A stretch of DNA of 64,000 nucleotides. It comes from Candidatus Poribacteria bacterium. GTDB taxonomy: Bacteria > Poribacteria > WGA-4E > PCPOR2b. Every line of letters begins with the position of its first letter. The first letter of the stretch is position 1. The translations under genes and the position numbers were made by a program. Below, one piece after another: positions 8,209 through 19,141 of this stretch. Under the pieces are notes generated by a model that saw only the letters and a list, made by a program, of their open reading frames with translations, did no database searches and was not told where the DNA came from. The stretch spans positions 3,264,001 to 3,328,000 of the forward strand of contig OZ244042.1 of assembly GCA_965215015.1 (NCBI GenBank), in the 5' to 3' direction.

Positions 8209-11200
8209 ATGGTCACAACTTTTCAGGGACTCTTGGCATGGATGCTTATTCATGCCAGCGAAACAGAGGGGGATGAAGAAAATCCACCCGACGACACGAC
8301 GGAAGGAAACCTATCAGCAGCAGAAATACAAGAGCAATCGGTAAATCCCGAGCATGACGAGGTTGATGGTTCAGATTCAACGATTGCGCCAAGCGAAAAC
8401 CGACAAGGTAATGAAGAGATAACAGAAACAGATTCGCCTCTAGCTACAGCGGTGGTAACAGATGAAGAACCACATTCCAATGATATTACAGACAAAACTG
8501 TTACAGAGTCGGACGAGCCTTCATCCAAGAGCGCAGCAGAGGTAGCGACATCTTCTGATGATTTTGCGGTTGATGCCCCCACAGAGGAAACCGCCATAGT
8601 CGCAGCCACTGAAGCCGAAGCAGCGGAGGCAATTGCAACAGATTCGGATGAAGAAACAATCAACGAGGCTGAAGCACCCCTTACTTTTGGAGTCATTGAC
8701 GAGATGTACAATTTCATCAATGAATTTCAGCACAGTCAATCGAGTCATCCCGAACGGACTTCCGCTAGCACTCAGGACAGTGTGGGAGGTGTAAACAAGG
8801 CAGCACTCTTTGAACATCCCCCCGCCGAAGGTTATGCACAAATCCAGTATGAGGTAACACTGCCGCAGGTGGAATCCAACGAAAATCTAATTTTACATTT
8901 CAGCATTGGCTTGAGGGATGGCGTTGATTTTGAGCTGCCACATACGAAACCTGATGGGGTACAGTTCGCCATTGAGATTTCGGATGAACGCCGTTTTGAA
9001 AATGTCTCCGAGGCTTGTCAATGGGATGAACACCTTATAGACCTCTCCGATTTTGCTGGGAGCACGGTTCAAGTTGCTTTTCTGACCAACTGCAATGGTG
9101 CCGGTAATACTGACTATGATTGGGCTTTGTGGGGAAATCCGCGTGTCTTAAAGCTGACCCGTACCCCACTGCCGATTGAGCAAGGCGAAAATGAGCCTAG
9201 ATTCAGACGTGGACTTGCCCTAGGACTTTTAGAGCGGGAACCCCCAGAACTCTCGGTTGCCGAATTCGATTTGAAGGCCTCTACGCTGGCTTCCGAAGTT
9301 GCAGATGAACTGAGCCAACAGATACAAGCAAAAACAGAGGCCTCGGTTGTTGAGTTAGCGTTGTACGCAGAACAACCGAGCCTAGAGATTGTAACCGCAG
9401 GCCCGACTGCCGCCCTCGTTACCGCACGAGAGGATTTTGATCTGCAATGTACGGTTCGCAATAACGGATTGGTTCCACTTGAATCTATCCACCAAGCAAC
9501 TGTCGCCATCAATCGGATTAAGCTGCGACGCGGACGAGCTACACAGCCGCTGAAAAGGTTGAACCCCGGCGAAGAAACAACCTTTTCATGGAATATCCGC
9601 AGTTTTTCACGTGAGTCCGTGGCGCGGGCAGTTGTCACACTTCGGTGCCAAATGCCGACAGGTGAAATTCGCCAGACCGTTGAGCAGAATGTGCCACTTT
9701 TACCACCAATCCCTAGAATTTCTAATCAAACCGCTTCGGCTTTACGCACGTATGATCAGAACGGACACGTTATCACCGAAAATCGGCACCTACGCACACT
9801 TTTTGTCAGAGGCAATGGCGGATTTGAATACTGTTTGCTTTTCGCAGCGAAAAATGGGCGTTACCGACAGGCTGCAGCCTGCAATGCAATTTCAGAAATC
9901 CGCTATCATGACTCATCGGGAACCCCTCAACAGATCAAAATTACCCCGACTGTTTACCGCCTCGCAGGCAATAATCGTGGCGAATCAATTGTTTTACTGT
10001 CCTCAGAGGCGCGAGACGATGATGGTGTACTTTGGACTTATGAAGCGCGTTTTTCGTTGTCTGACGAATTCAAACGACTCGAAGTGGAATACAGCCTAAC
10101 TGCGGACCAAGAGCGGGAATTAATCGCTTTCAATGGCCCCATCCTTTACGCAGGCGATGGGGCGTTTGGCAAGCGCAAGACTGCCGCCCTGTTCCCCGGC
10201 TTGGAATTCTTAGAAGGTGATGAATTCTCGTCGAGCCCGCGAGATGTCGCTCCCCCGAACAATAATCGACTGGTCCCCCATCCCTATAAAATTACGGTTC
10301 CGTTGATGGCAGTCGAACATAAAGAAACGCTGATTGGTCTGGTGTGGGATGCGTTGAAAACGTGGGATGGCGAGCACAACATGCTATCGGCGGCTTTTGC
10401 CTCCCCGAATTGGCACAACCATCAAAAGAACCACCTGATGGGTCTGTTTGTGCCTACCGTCCCCGATTGGGTTACAGAGAATCACTTGGCAGCTTCGACA
10501 CCATATCCCCTGAAAGCGAACCGCCCAATAACGATTAAAGCACAGATTATTATCGATGGAAACGCTTCCATTCTGGATGCAATTTCCCACTGGACAGATG
10601 CTTACGGTGTGCCCGAACCACTGAACGCACCGCGCAGCGATAAAGAGGAGATTCTGCTGTCGCGGCACGGCCTCATGCAGACCGTATGGGATGAAGATAC
10701 GGGAAAATCGCAGCACTGTGTTGACTGGGCACCGGGGAATGCTCCCGGTTTCGCAACGCTGCTATGGTATGATTACCTTATCCAAACGCAAAACGATGCC
10801 ATAAAAGATGAATCAGTGAGGCAGCGTGCGCTTGAAATCGTCAAACGCACAGTCCAAGAGGCTGGACCGGGGGGGCCTGAGTTCGACAGATCTTTGCCAC
10901 ATTTTGAAGTGGGAAGCCCCCTTCTACTTTGGGGAAGTTGAAGCAGGATTCCATCGCCTCAAAGAAATTGTGAGACGATGGATCGAGACGCAGGAGGAGG
11001 ATGGCAGTTGGCGTTTTTATCCAATTACCGATCGAGCGAAGACGTTAGGAAATGAAGGAGACGCTGTTTTAGGGACCTGTGCACCCATCGCCCAGATGCT
11101 CCTCAAGCATGCTCGTGTGACGGGTGATTCAGAATCGTTGGAGGCTGGTCTGAAGGGGCTAACGTTCATGGAGAACTTCAAAGTTCCACGCGGTGCCCAA

Positions 11201-12112
11201 ACGTGGGAATGCCCACTTTATGCACCGGATCTCCTCGCTGCCGCCCATGCTGTCGGTGCCTATGTTGAAGCCTACGAAGTCACGAGAGAAAAACGCCACC
11301 TCGAAAGGGCAGAACAGTGGGCAAAAGCGGGTCTACCTTTCCTGTATCATTGGCATCTGCCAGATCGTCCCGGTATGCGCTTTGGCTCTATACCGGTTTT
11401 CGGTTCAACCTTCTATACCCATCCTTGGTTCGGTGTTCCTATTCAGTGGAACGGCTTGGTTTACGCTTATGCCCTTCAGCATCTCGCCCGACACATATCT
11501 GAGAGTCAGAGCCAGTTTTGGTCTAAAATTGCGGAAGGAATTACCGTCAGTGCGATGTACCAGCAATGGACAGAAGGAGATTTGAAAGGGACATACCCTG
11601 ATGGTCTCTACGGTTTCTGTACAGAAGGGCGGGGGCCTCATATCAATCCAGAAGCCCTCATGGTGAACCTCTACGCTTTACGTGGCTTCGATCCGGATAT
11701 CTCTACCGGAATTTGTCGTGTTGATGGCAATCGCATTCACATCAGTACCGGTGCAAAGATCGACGGGTTAAACCATGATGATTCAGATCGACTGACGTTT
11801 ACGCTACGTTATGTCCAAAACGAGACGAGCTATTGTATCATTGCGGGATACGGAAGCCGGTTCGGCGAAACAGAATCTTTAGCGAAACAGGGGCCCGCTG
11901 CCATTCGTACCGGAAGCGGAGGGCTTCCCCTTGTGGACAACCTCTCAACGACTGAATCCGGTTGGTTGTATCGTGAAGAAGAGGACATCATTTTTATGAA
12001 ATACAAGCACCCGATGGGAGCAACAGATTTTGAGGTGCTTCCCCCAGAAAAAGCGGCACCCACTCAAGAGGAGGTTGAGACAGAGACAGAGGAATTTGAA
12101 CCGAATCCATGA
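8209..12112 (+). CDS. Large (~1300 aa) multidomain protein split by a +1 frameshift at G7 10869-10875: acidic disordered N-terminus, NPCBM-like and CARDB-like domains, probable alpha/alpha-barrel C-terminus
   Basis: GGAGG SD before 8209. ORFs 8209-10941 and 10826-12112 join as EAGPGGLSSTDL if one G is removed. FSIGLRDG..DGVQF..DWALWGNPRV resembles NPCBM. Confidence 0.7.
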
Positions 12113-12765
12113 TCAGGTGTTTGAGAGAAATTGTGGCAGATCGAGGACTTTTTATCACATTTGAAGGCACGGACGGGGTGGGGAAAACGACCCAAATTCG
12201 GCGTCTATCGGCGGATCTGACCAAAGCCAGCTATGATGTATGCCTGACCCGTGAGCCGGGCGGCACCCCCATCTCCGAGCAGATTCGTGATATGCTGCTG
12301 AATCCAGACCACAGCGAGATGGCAGCAACAACGGAGCTGTTGTTATACGCCGCATCGCGGGCGCAGCACGTCTCAGAGGTTATCAAACCCGCGTTGGCAG
12401 CGGGGAAGATTGTCATCTCCTCCCGGTTCGCAGACGCAACGGTCGTCTATCAAGGCTACGGGCGTGGGTTAGATTTGGACAGGATAAATCACCTGAATCG
12501 AATCGCGACCGAGGGCGTTAGGCCGGATGTAACCTTTGTGTTAGATCTATCGGTAGAGATTGGGTTACAGCGCGTCCAAAGCAGCCGAGGTGGGTTAGAC
12601 CGTTTGGAGAGAGAAAAAATTGAGTTTCATCAACGGCTGCGTGAAGGCTACCGGACGCTGGCGAAACAGGAACCACAGCGTTTCAAGATTATTGATGCCC
12701 AAGCCGATCCAGAGCAGGTATATGCACAGATCCATGCGGTAATCCAACCCCTACTGCAAAAGTGA
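12109..12765 (+). CDS. tmk: Thymidylate kinase
   Basis: FITFEGTDGVGKTTQ P-loop, TREPGG, ELLLYAASRAQH, YQGYGRG. Alternative GTG start at 12133. Confidence 0.96.
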   Translation: MIRCLREIVADRGLFITFEGTDGVGKTTQIRRLSADLTKASYDVCLTREPGGTPISEQIRDMLLNPDHSEMAATTELLLYAASRAQHVSEVIKPALAAGKIVISSRFADATVVYQGYGRGLDLDRINHLNRIATEGVRPDVTFVLDLSVEIGLQRVQSSRGGLDRLEREKIEFHQRLREGYRTLAKQEPQRFKIIDAQADPEQVYAQIHAVIQPLLQK

Positions 12766-13727
12766 GCAGCTTTATGCAAGACGGTATCATCGGACATCAC
12801 CAGATTCTCGAACAGTTGTACCACGCCATTGCATCGAATCGTGTGGCGGGTGCCTATCTGTTCGTTGGCAGTGCCAATGTCGGGAAAGAAACTGTCGCCC
12901 TTCATTTTGCAAAGTCGATTAATTGCCTCACGCCAGATGAGGGAGCCTGCGGCACCTGTTTGCCCTGCCGCAAGGCAGACGATGGGAATCACCCCGACCT
13001 TCAGATTATCCGTCCATCGGGGGCCTGGATCAAGATTGATCAGATCCGCGACTTACAAAAACGGATTATTTATCGTCCCCTTGAAGGGGTACGAAAAGTT
13101 TACATTTTGACCGAAGCGGAACGGCTGAATCTCGAAGCCGCAAACTGTTTGCTCAAAACCCTTGAAGAACCGCCCGCCGAATCGGTCTTAATCCTCTTGA
13201 CCACAAATCTCGATGCGCTACTACCCACAATCCGGTCCCGTTGCCAAATCATCCCTTTCCACCCGTTGGTGATTTCCGAACTTGCTGGGCATCTGATGGA
13301 GCGATTCAACATCAACGACAATCAAGCGTTCTCAATATCAACAACAGCTGGGGGTGCTGTTGGCAAAGCACTGACGCTCCTCCAAGAGGGAGGGGATTGC
13401 AATGAAGAAATTCCTGAGATCATGATTGCCAGCGATCGGTTAGACGCCTTCCGTATTGCTGAGAAATGGAGTCAGCAACCGGAGGCACTCGACCACCTCG
13501 TGACGTGGTATCGCGATCTGGTGTTACTGCACCAAGGGGCTCCCACATCACTGCTTACTCATGTTCATCATGCGGAACAACTGAAACAATTGGCAGCCCG
13601 TTACTCACGGCTGCAATTGCAGTCGGCAATCAAGGCGATTTTTGAAACGAAAGTTATGCTTCAACGCAACGTCAACGCGACTTTGGCTTTGGAGGTTTTG
13701 GCTTTGAAGTTATTGCGTGAACCGTAG
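12762..13727 (+). CDS. holB: DNA polymerase III subunit delta'
   Basis: AYLFVG, CGTCLPC, HPD, AANCLLKTLEEPP, TIRSRC; directly follows tmk. Confidence 0.95.
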   Translation: MSSFMQDGIIGHHQILEQLYHAIASNRVAGAYLFVGSANVGKETVALHFAKSINCLTPDEGACGTCLPCRKADDGNHPDLQIIRPSGAWIKIDQIRDLQKRIIYRPLEGVRKVYILTEAERLNLEAANCLLKTLEEPPAESVLILLTTNLDALLPTIRSRCQIIPFHPLVISELAGHLMERFNINDNQAFSISTTAGGAVGKALTLLQEGGDCNEEIPEIMIASDRLDAFRIAEKWSQQPEALDHLVTWYRDLVLLHQGAPTSLLTHVHHAEQLKQLAARYSRLQLQSAIKAIFETKVMLQRNVNATLALEVLALKLLREP

Positions 13728-14070
13728 CTAATTTTGAGTGTTAAAGCTCACAGATGAGATGAGTTAGTCGTGGTGTTAGATGATTGAGAGGTTACAGGAA
13801 ATGATTGAGACGCATCGTAGTTATCTGAGGCGGGCTCATAAGTATTGTCTGAATTGCAGATACAGTAGATGAAGCGGCTTGCGGGGATACAGATAGGGGG
13901 CTCAGACGGGAGATGGGGCAGGAAGCCTGACCTACGGGGTTGGGGAGGCTTTGTTTTTAGGTTATGGTTGGGAGTTTAAAGGCAGTTGCGTGTTAGTCAA
14001 GTCATATGCTGCAACGGTTGTGGGATTTACGGCACGCGGATTGTGCCTACTATTATGGGTCCCCCTCAAT

Positions 14071-14230
14071 TACATGATTGTCACCGATGGAGATAAGTGG
14101 GAGATATATGAGGTCTTCAAGCGGGTCGCGTTGGAATAACGCTATTGATGAAGTTGGCGTTATCTCAACAACCGGCTCGTAGGAATGCGCTGCAGGCGTT
14201 GGTAATAGGGCAACTTAACGTAGATTTAAG
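14071..14230 (+). pseudogene. Remnant of an HsdR_N-like (type I restriction N-terminal) gene
   Basis: YMIVTDGDKWEIYEVFK resembles the T(N/D)GxxW motif. It is followed by a stop and a frameshifted continuation LLMKLALSQQPA. The 5' part is replaced by repeat modules. Confidence 0.45.
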
Positions 14231-14370
14231 TGCGATTCGAGTACCTTATGAACCAAACTAGGAAAGCTAGTCCCTAAACACCCCAAAAGCCGATCTTTCC
14301 AATTAGAGGAACGCAGACTGTCGTTCCCTACTCAGACGCAATAAGCGGTAAGCCAAAGAGGAATACAATC

Positions 14371-16281
14371 ATGAGTACATTCTACATTACAACACCGATA
14401 TACTATACCAACGCTGAGCCGCACGCCGGACACGCGTATACAACAATCGCCGCCGACGTGCTCGCAAGATACCATCGTCTCAAAGGGGACGACGTTTTTT
14501 TTCTAACCGGCGTGGACGAGCATGGGGAAAATATCCAAAAAATTGCTGACCAGAAAAATATCTCTCCACAGGCTTACTGCGATCAAATCGCTCCAACGTT
14601 CACGACGCTTTGGGAAAGACTGAATGTATCTTATGACATCTTCCTGCGCACGACGAGTGAATTGCACAAAAGTGGCGTCAGAAAACTCCTGAACACGCTT
14701 TATGAGACAGGCGACATATACAAAGGGAAATACGAAGGCTACTATTGTCGTCCGTGCGAACGCTTTTTTACCGAAAAGGAGCAGTCCAAGGATAGAATCT
14801 GCCCAATCCACAATTTACCTTTGGAATGGGTCGAGGAAGATAACTACTTCTTCGCGCTTTCAAAATATCAAGATCCGTTGATTCAACACATTCACGAAAA
14901 TCCTAAATTCATACAACCGGAGAGCCGTTGCAACGAGATGTTAAACGTTTTAGAGTCAGGGTTGGAGGATGTGAGCATCTCACGATCTTCCGTATCTTGG
15001 GGTATTCCCTTGCCATTCGATACGGAGCATATCTCTTATGTGTGGATTGAGGCCTTGAGCAACTATGTCACTGCCCTTGATTATGCCCAAGATGGGGAAA
15101 GATTTCGTAAATTTTGGCCCGCCGACGTTCACTTGATGGCAAAAGATATAGCGCGGTTTCATGCTCTGATATGGCCCGCCATGCTAATGGCGGTAAAATT
15201 GCCAGTTCCCAAAAAAGTAGTTGCCCACGGCTTCCTGACAAAGGATGGCGAGGCCTTGAGCAAAACGCTTGGTATCTTCATCGATATGGACACTGATATC
15301 GGGACGTACGGGTTGGATGCCTTCCGGTACTATCTATTGCGGGAGTTTAGTTTCGGAAACGATGGCGATTATCGACCAAGCCGTCTCAACACCCGCTATA
15401 ACGCGGACCTCGCAAACGACCTTGGAAACCTGCTCAACCGTACGCTCGGCCTTGTCTCCAAAAACTTCGGCGGCATCCCTGAACCGGCCACATCGGGAGA
15501 ATTTGATTCTGAGATTCAACAGATGGCGCGTGAAACGGTCGAGAAGGTTGATGCCATGATGGAGCAATTGGTCTTTGATATGGCGTTGGAAACGATCTGG
15601 GAGTTTGTACGGCGGATTAACCGGTATATCCAACAAACGCAGGTCTGGACCTTAGCAAAATCGGAAGAAACAAAGGGGCGTATGGGAACAATCCTCTATA
15701 ACAGCATGGAAGCCCTGCGGGTTGTTGCTGTCCTGATTTCTCCCTTCATGCCCGACACCGCCAACCGTATCCGTCAACAGCTTGGACTTGATGGGAGCTT
15801 TAACAATCAAGGATTGGATACGGTCGCTGAGTGGGGCGGCTTACCATCAGGACTGGCACTTGGAAAGCCCGAACCCATCTTTCCTCGGAAGGATACCAAG
15901 AAGTCGAAGCAGGCGAGCAAAGGGAAACCCACGCAAGCGGAGCAACCCACCGATGATAATCTGATCTCCATTGACCAGTTTCAGGAACTGGATTTACGTG
16001 TTGCCGAAGTGATCGCTGCAGAGCGTGTCCTAGACGCAGATCGTCTCCTGAAATTGCAGGTAGATCTGGGAAGTGAGAAGCGTCAAGTCGTCGCGGGTAT
16101 CGCGGCGCATTACGCGCCCGAAGATCTGATCGGAAAGCAGATTATTCTAGTCGCCAACTTGCAGCCCGCCAAGATAAGAGGTATCGAATCGCAAGGAATG
16201 CTGCTCGCAGCTGAAGGTGGAAAAGAGTTGGCAGTGTTGACACTTGAGAAGCGGATGCCGCCGGGGGCACAAGTTCGATAA
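14371..16281 (+). CDS. metG: Methionine--tRNA ligase with C-terminal tRNA-binding domain
   Basis: FYITTPIYY..HAGH, TGVDEHG, CxxC..CxxH knuckle, KDI.RFH..IWP, DLANDLGNL.NR, and a Trbp111-like C-terminus. Confidence 0.97.
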   Translation: MSTFYITTPIYYTNAEPHAGHAYTTIAADVLARYHRLKGDDVFFLTGVDEHGENIQKIADQKNISPQAYCDQIAPTFTTLWERLNVSYDIFLRTTSELHKSGVRKLLNTLYETGDIYKGKYEGYYCRPCERFFTEKEQSKDRICPIHNLPLEWVEEDNYFFALSKYQDPLIQHIHENPKFIQPESRCNEMLNVLESGLEDVSISRSSVSWGIPLPFDTEHISYVWIEALSNYVTALDYAQDGERFRKFWPADVHLMAKDIARFHALIWPAMLMAVKLPVPKKVVAHGFLTKDGEALSKTLGIFIDMDTDIGTYGLDAFRYYLLREFSFGNDGDYRPSRLNTRYNADLANDLGNLLNRTLGLVSKNFGGIPEPATSGEFDSEIQQMARETVEKVDAMMEQLVFDMALETIWEFVRRINRYIQQTQVWTLAKSEETKGRMGTILYNSMEALRVVAVLISPFMPDTANRIRQQLGLDGSFNNQGLDTVAEWGGLPSGLALGKPEPIFPRKDTKKSKQASKGKPTQAEQPTDDNLISIDQFQELDLRVAEVIAAERVLDADRLLKLQVDLGSEKRQVVAGIAAHYAPEDLIGKQIILVANLQPAKIRGIESQGMLLAAEGGKELAVLTLEKRMPPGAQVR

Positions 16282-16467
16282 CTACGTGAAAAGTGATGCG
16301 TGAAACGTGAAAGTCATTTGTTCATTAGTACATTGGTTCATGAATGAACTTTTGAATCTATGTCCTCTTGAACGATGTAGAAATGACAGTCTCACCCACT
16401 TGCAAAAACCATAGGCTGATAGTAGGGCGATTTATCGCCCGTTGTGACGCGGGTTGAATTGTGTTAC

Positions 16468-16750
16468 CAGGGCGTGTTGACATTTGGTAGTGGGTAGGTC
16501 GAATACTATCGGAACGAAGTTGGGTTGAAAACTCACTCCCGATTTTGTTGCGTTGTGCTGACGTTTACCGAACCGTGGATCCACGGTCTGGTGAGTCTTC
16601 CGGGATGAAAGGCACCGAGACCGGGCCGTGAAACTCAACACCCCATCCGTAGGTCAGGCAAGATGCCCGACCTTCTCACCGGATCCGATACCGGCATGTA
16701 GCCTGTAGGTCGAAATTCATATCTCGACACCTAAATCTCAACAGAACCTA
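16468..16750. mobile_element. MITE-like element, family 3 (GTGTTGACATTT-type ends) carrying GTAG REP-like hairpins
   Basis: CAGGGCGTGTTGACATTT ... AAATCTCAACAGAACCTA; the same ends occur at 47469-47694. Confidence 0.6.
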
Positions 16751-16779
16751 CAAACTGAGCTGCGTAACTCTTATGCCAA

Positions 16780-17838
16780 TTAAAACAACCCGGAGATCGA
16801 GATTCGTTGCGAATTTCCGAGGTCATGTGCGTTGAAAGCGTAATCCGCAAAAAGCGCAGTTTCACCAAAACGGAGATGTATGCCCGCCCCGGCTCCGAAT
16901 TTAGCTCCTTCCGCGCCGATGCGGAGAGCAACCACATCAAACAACCAATACTCCCCGCCAAAACGGAATATCCTCTCAGTTCCCCTATCCGTTTGGAGGT
17001 CTTTCCGATCTGTTTCCAAGTCTACACCAAACGTTACCTTACCAATCATCGGCAGTGAAATGCGGTAAGACATACCGAGTCGGAACCGGTGATCTCGGGT
17101 AAATATTGGCTTGTCAGGGGTGTTCCAATGGATCTGTGTGCCGGTGGCATCCGCCAACATCGCTCCAATGTGGAGTCTATCAAACGGCTTGAGCATTAAC
17201 CCAAGATCTAGCCCCAAGCCGTTTCCGCTGTTTTCAAAGAGTGATTGTCTGAGTAGCTTCAGGTTGCCACCGATTGAAAAAATTGGATGAACCTGACGTG
17301 CATAAGAGATTAATAGAGCATTATCTACGTTACTGAAATATCCCGCCACTTCGGGCCGATCGATGTATAATTCACCGGGATCTTTAACTCCATTGCCATC
17401 CTTATCAAGAAAGTCCCCCAAGCGTCCATTGCCATTGACATCTATGAAGGTAGTATATGGGATGTCGTCCACGCCGAGCCGAATCCAACTGATACCCATG
17501 CTCCCGATGCCTTCGATCTGCTGAACATAACTGACAAAGTTGTATTCCACCAAGCCCTTGCTGAGAAAGCCGCCCTGCGCTGCACCAAAAGAATCGGAAT
17601 ACATCGTGGCAAAAGCGCGTCTTTGAATCTGCACAAGTCCGGCGGGATTCCAGTACACCGCTGTGGCATCGTCCGCAATGGATACGAAGCTACTGCCCAT
17701 ACCCAAGGCCCGTGCGCCAACCCCGTGGCTGAGAAATTCCGCTGCCTGGCTGCCTTCATCGGCAAGTGCTGGCATCGGCACGATGGCGAAACCGAGGGCG
17801 ACAGCAAACAAGAAGACGATGGGACCCTTTTCACGCAT
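16780..17838 (-). CDS. PorV/PorQ (UPF0164)-like outer-membrane beta-barrel protein
   Basis: Signal peptide; FL..GVGARALGMG..ADDATAVYWNPAGL; terminal Phe; DxNGNG Ca-binding-like insert. Confidence 0.85.
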   Translation of the reverse strand: MREKGPIVFLFAVALGFAIVPMPALADEGSQAAEFLSHGVGARALGMGSSFVSIADDATAVYWNPAGLVQIQRRAFATMYSDSFGAAQGGFLSKGLVEYNFVSYVQQIEGIGSMGISWIRLGVDDIPYTTFIDVNGNGRLGDFLDKDGNGVKDPGELYIDRPEVAGYFSNVDNALLISYARQVHPIFSIGGNLKLLRQSLFENSGNGLGLDLGLMLKPFDRLHIGAMLADATGTQIHWNTPDKPIFTRDHRFRLGMSYRISLPMIGKVTFGVDLETDRKDLQTDRGTERIFRFGGEYWLFDVVALRIGAEGAKFGAGAGIHLRFGETALFADYAFNAHDLGNSQRISISGLF

Positions 17839-17970
17839 AAAAGTCTATGATATTGAGCATGCCTAAAATCTAAACCATGTCGTATTATGTTATCACAGAT
17901 TTGCATGTGAAACGTAAGGCCTGAAAAATGGCACCCTTCACGTTACGCTGCACGCTTCACGCAACTGGAC

Positions 17971-18070
17971 TAGGACTTATGCACTTCATTAGTAGGGCAC
18001 ACCCATCGCCGAACTAGAAGGCGAAGCCTCTCGAAACGGAGGGGTTGAACCTTCAACTGCATAACGCCTA
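17971..18070. mobile_element. Short (100 bp) MITE-like element, family 1
   Basis: TAGGACTTATGCACTTCA ... TTCAACTGCATAACGCCTA. Confidence 0.65.
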
Positions 18071-18088
18071 TAGACATAAAAACATAGA

Positions 18089-19141
18089 TTATTCTGCAGA
18101 ACTGACAGCAATTTTTATTACCATATCCCCTTCGAGACGGTAGGTGCCGTTGAGTGCGTCAAACCCATCACGGACGCGGGAAAGCGGTAACTCATGACTC
18201 ACCATATCGGCAAACGGGAATTCATTCTTCTCAAGAATTGGTAACCCACGCACAAAGTGTTCGGGGCGGCTTCCCCAGATGGCTTCAAGGCGGATATTTT
18301 TACGCATCAGCAATTGATTGATATTGAAATCAATTGATCCCATATCGACAAAATGTCCAACCTCAACGAAGGTTCCACTCTGTTTCACATAGCCCAAGCC
18401 TTCAGGGGTGGCGGGCAAAAATCCTGCACATTCAAAGACGACATCCGCTCCGCGTCCTTGGGGTGTCTCTGATTTGACCAACTCTGTGCGTTCTTCGACA
18501 GAGGCCACCTCCTCGATGTCGATTGTGACGTCGGCACCCATCCGCTTGGCAAGTTCCAGACGTCTCGCGGGTCCACCGACGACGATGAGTTTCGCTGCGC
18601 CGCTGATCTTCGCACAGATTAACGTTACCAAGCCGATTGCCCCAGCACCCTGAACCACAACGGTATCACCAATCTGCACCTGACCACGCATGACCGCGTG
18701 CACACCGACCGTAAACGGTTCCGTCATCACAGCAGCCTCCGGAGAGGCATCAGTTTTAATGAAGCAGGTGTTCGGATAAGAAAGGTAGATGTAATCGGCG
18801 AACCCACCGCGAAAGTGGGGTGCTTCATCTGGATTCCATTGAAAGCCGTAGGCACCATAGCTGGTCCCCGGCGCGAGGATAACACGATCTCCTTCACGAA
18901 TCGGATTTCCCACATAGTCCGTTTTTACCTCTTCACCAATAGCATCAATAATACCGACGTTCTCATGACCGAGTAATACTTCCCGATCAAATCCGTTTTG
19001 CCAGTTGTGCAGGTCTGTTCCGCAGATCCCTGCTAACTCCTGTCGCAGTAATACTGTATTTGGTGCTGGATCGGGTACAGGATATTCTCGAACATCAAAA
19101 TCCTGTCCGTGTGCAACAACCGCTCTACCTGTTCTTGCCAT
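18089..19141 (-). CDS. Zinc-binding (MDR) alcohol dehydrogenase
   Basis: GICGTDLH, GHE, EP, GAGAIG; AGGAG SD. Confidence 0.92.
   Translation of the reverse strand: MARTGRAVVAHGQDFDVREYPVPDPAPNTVLLRQELAGICGTDLHNWQNGFDREVLLGHENVGIIDAIGEEVKTDYVGNPIREGDRVILAPGTSYGAYGFQWNPDEAPHFRGGFADYIYLSYPNTCFIKTDASPEAAVMTEPFTVGVHAVMRGQVQIGDTVVVQGAGAIGLVTLICAKISGAAKLIVVGGPARRLELAKRMGADVTIDIEEVASVEERTELVKSETPQGRGADVVFECAGFLPATPEGLGYVKQSGTFVEVGHFVDMGSIDFNINQLLMRKNIRLEAIWGSRPEHFVRGLPILEKNEFPFADMVSHELPLSRVRDGFDALNGTYRLEGDMVIKIAVSSAE

Noticed and set aside
14230-14370. T-box or SAM riboswitch upstream of metG
   Set aside because: No T-box AGGGTGGNACC or SAM-I core is present. The hairpin there is the AGGGAAC..GTTCCCT REP-like repeat.
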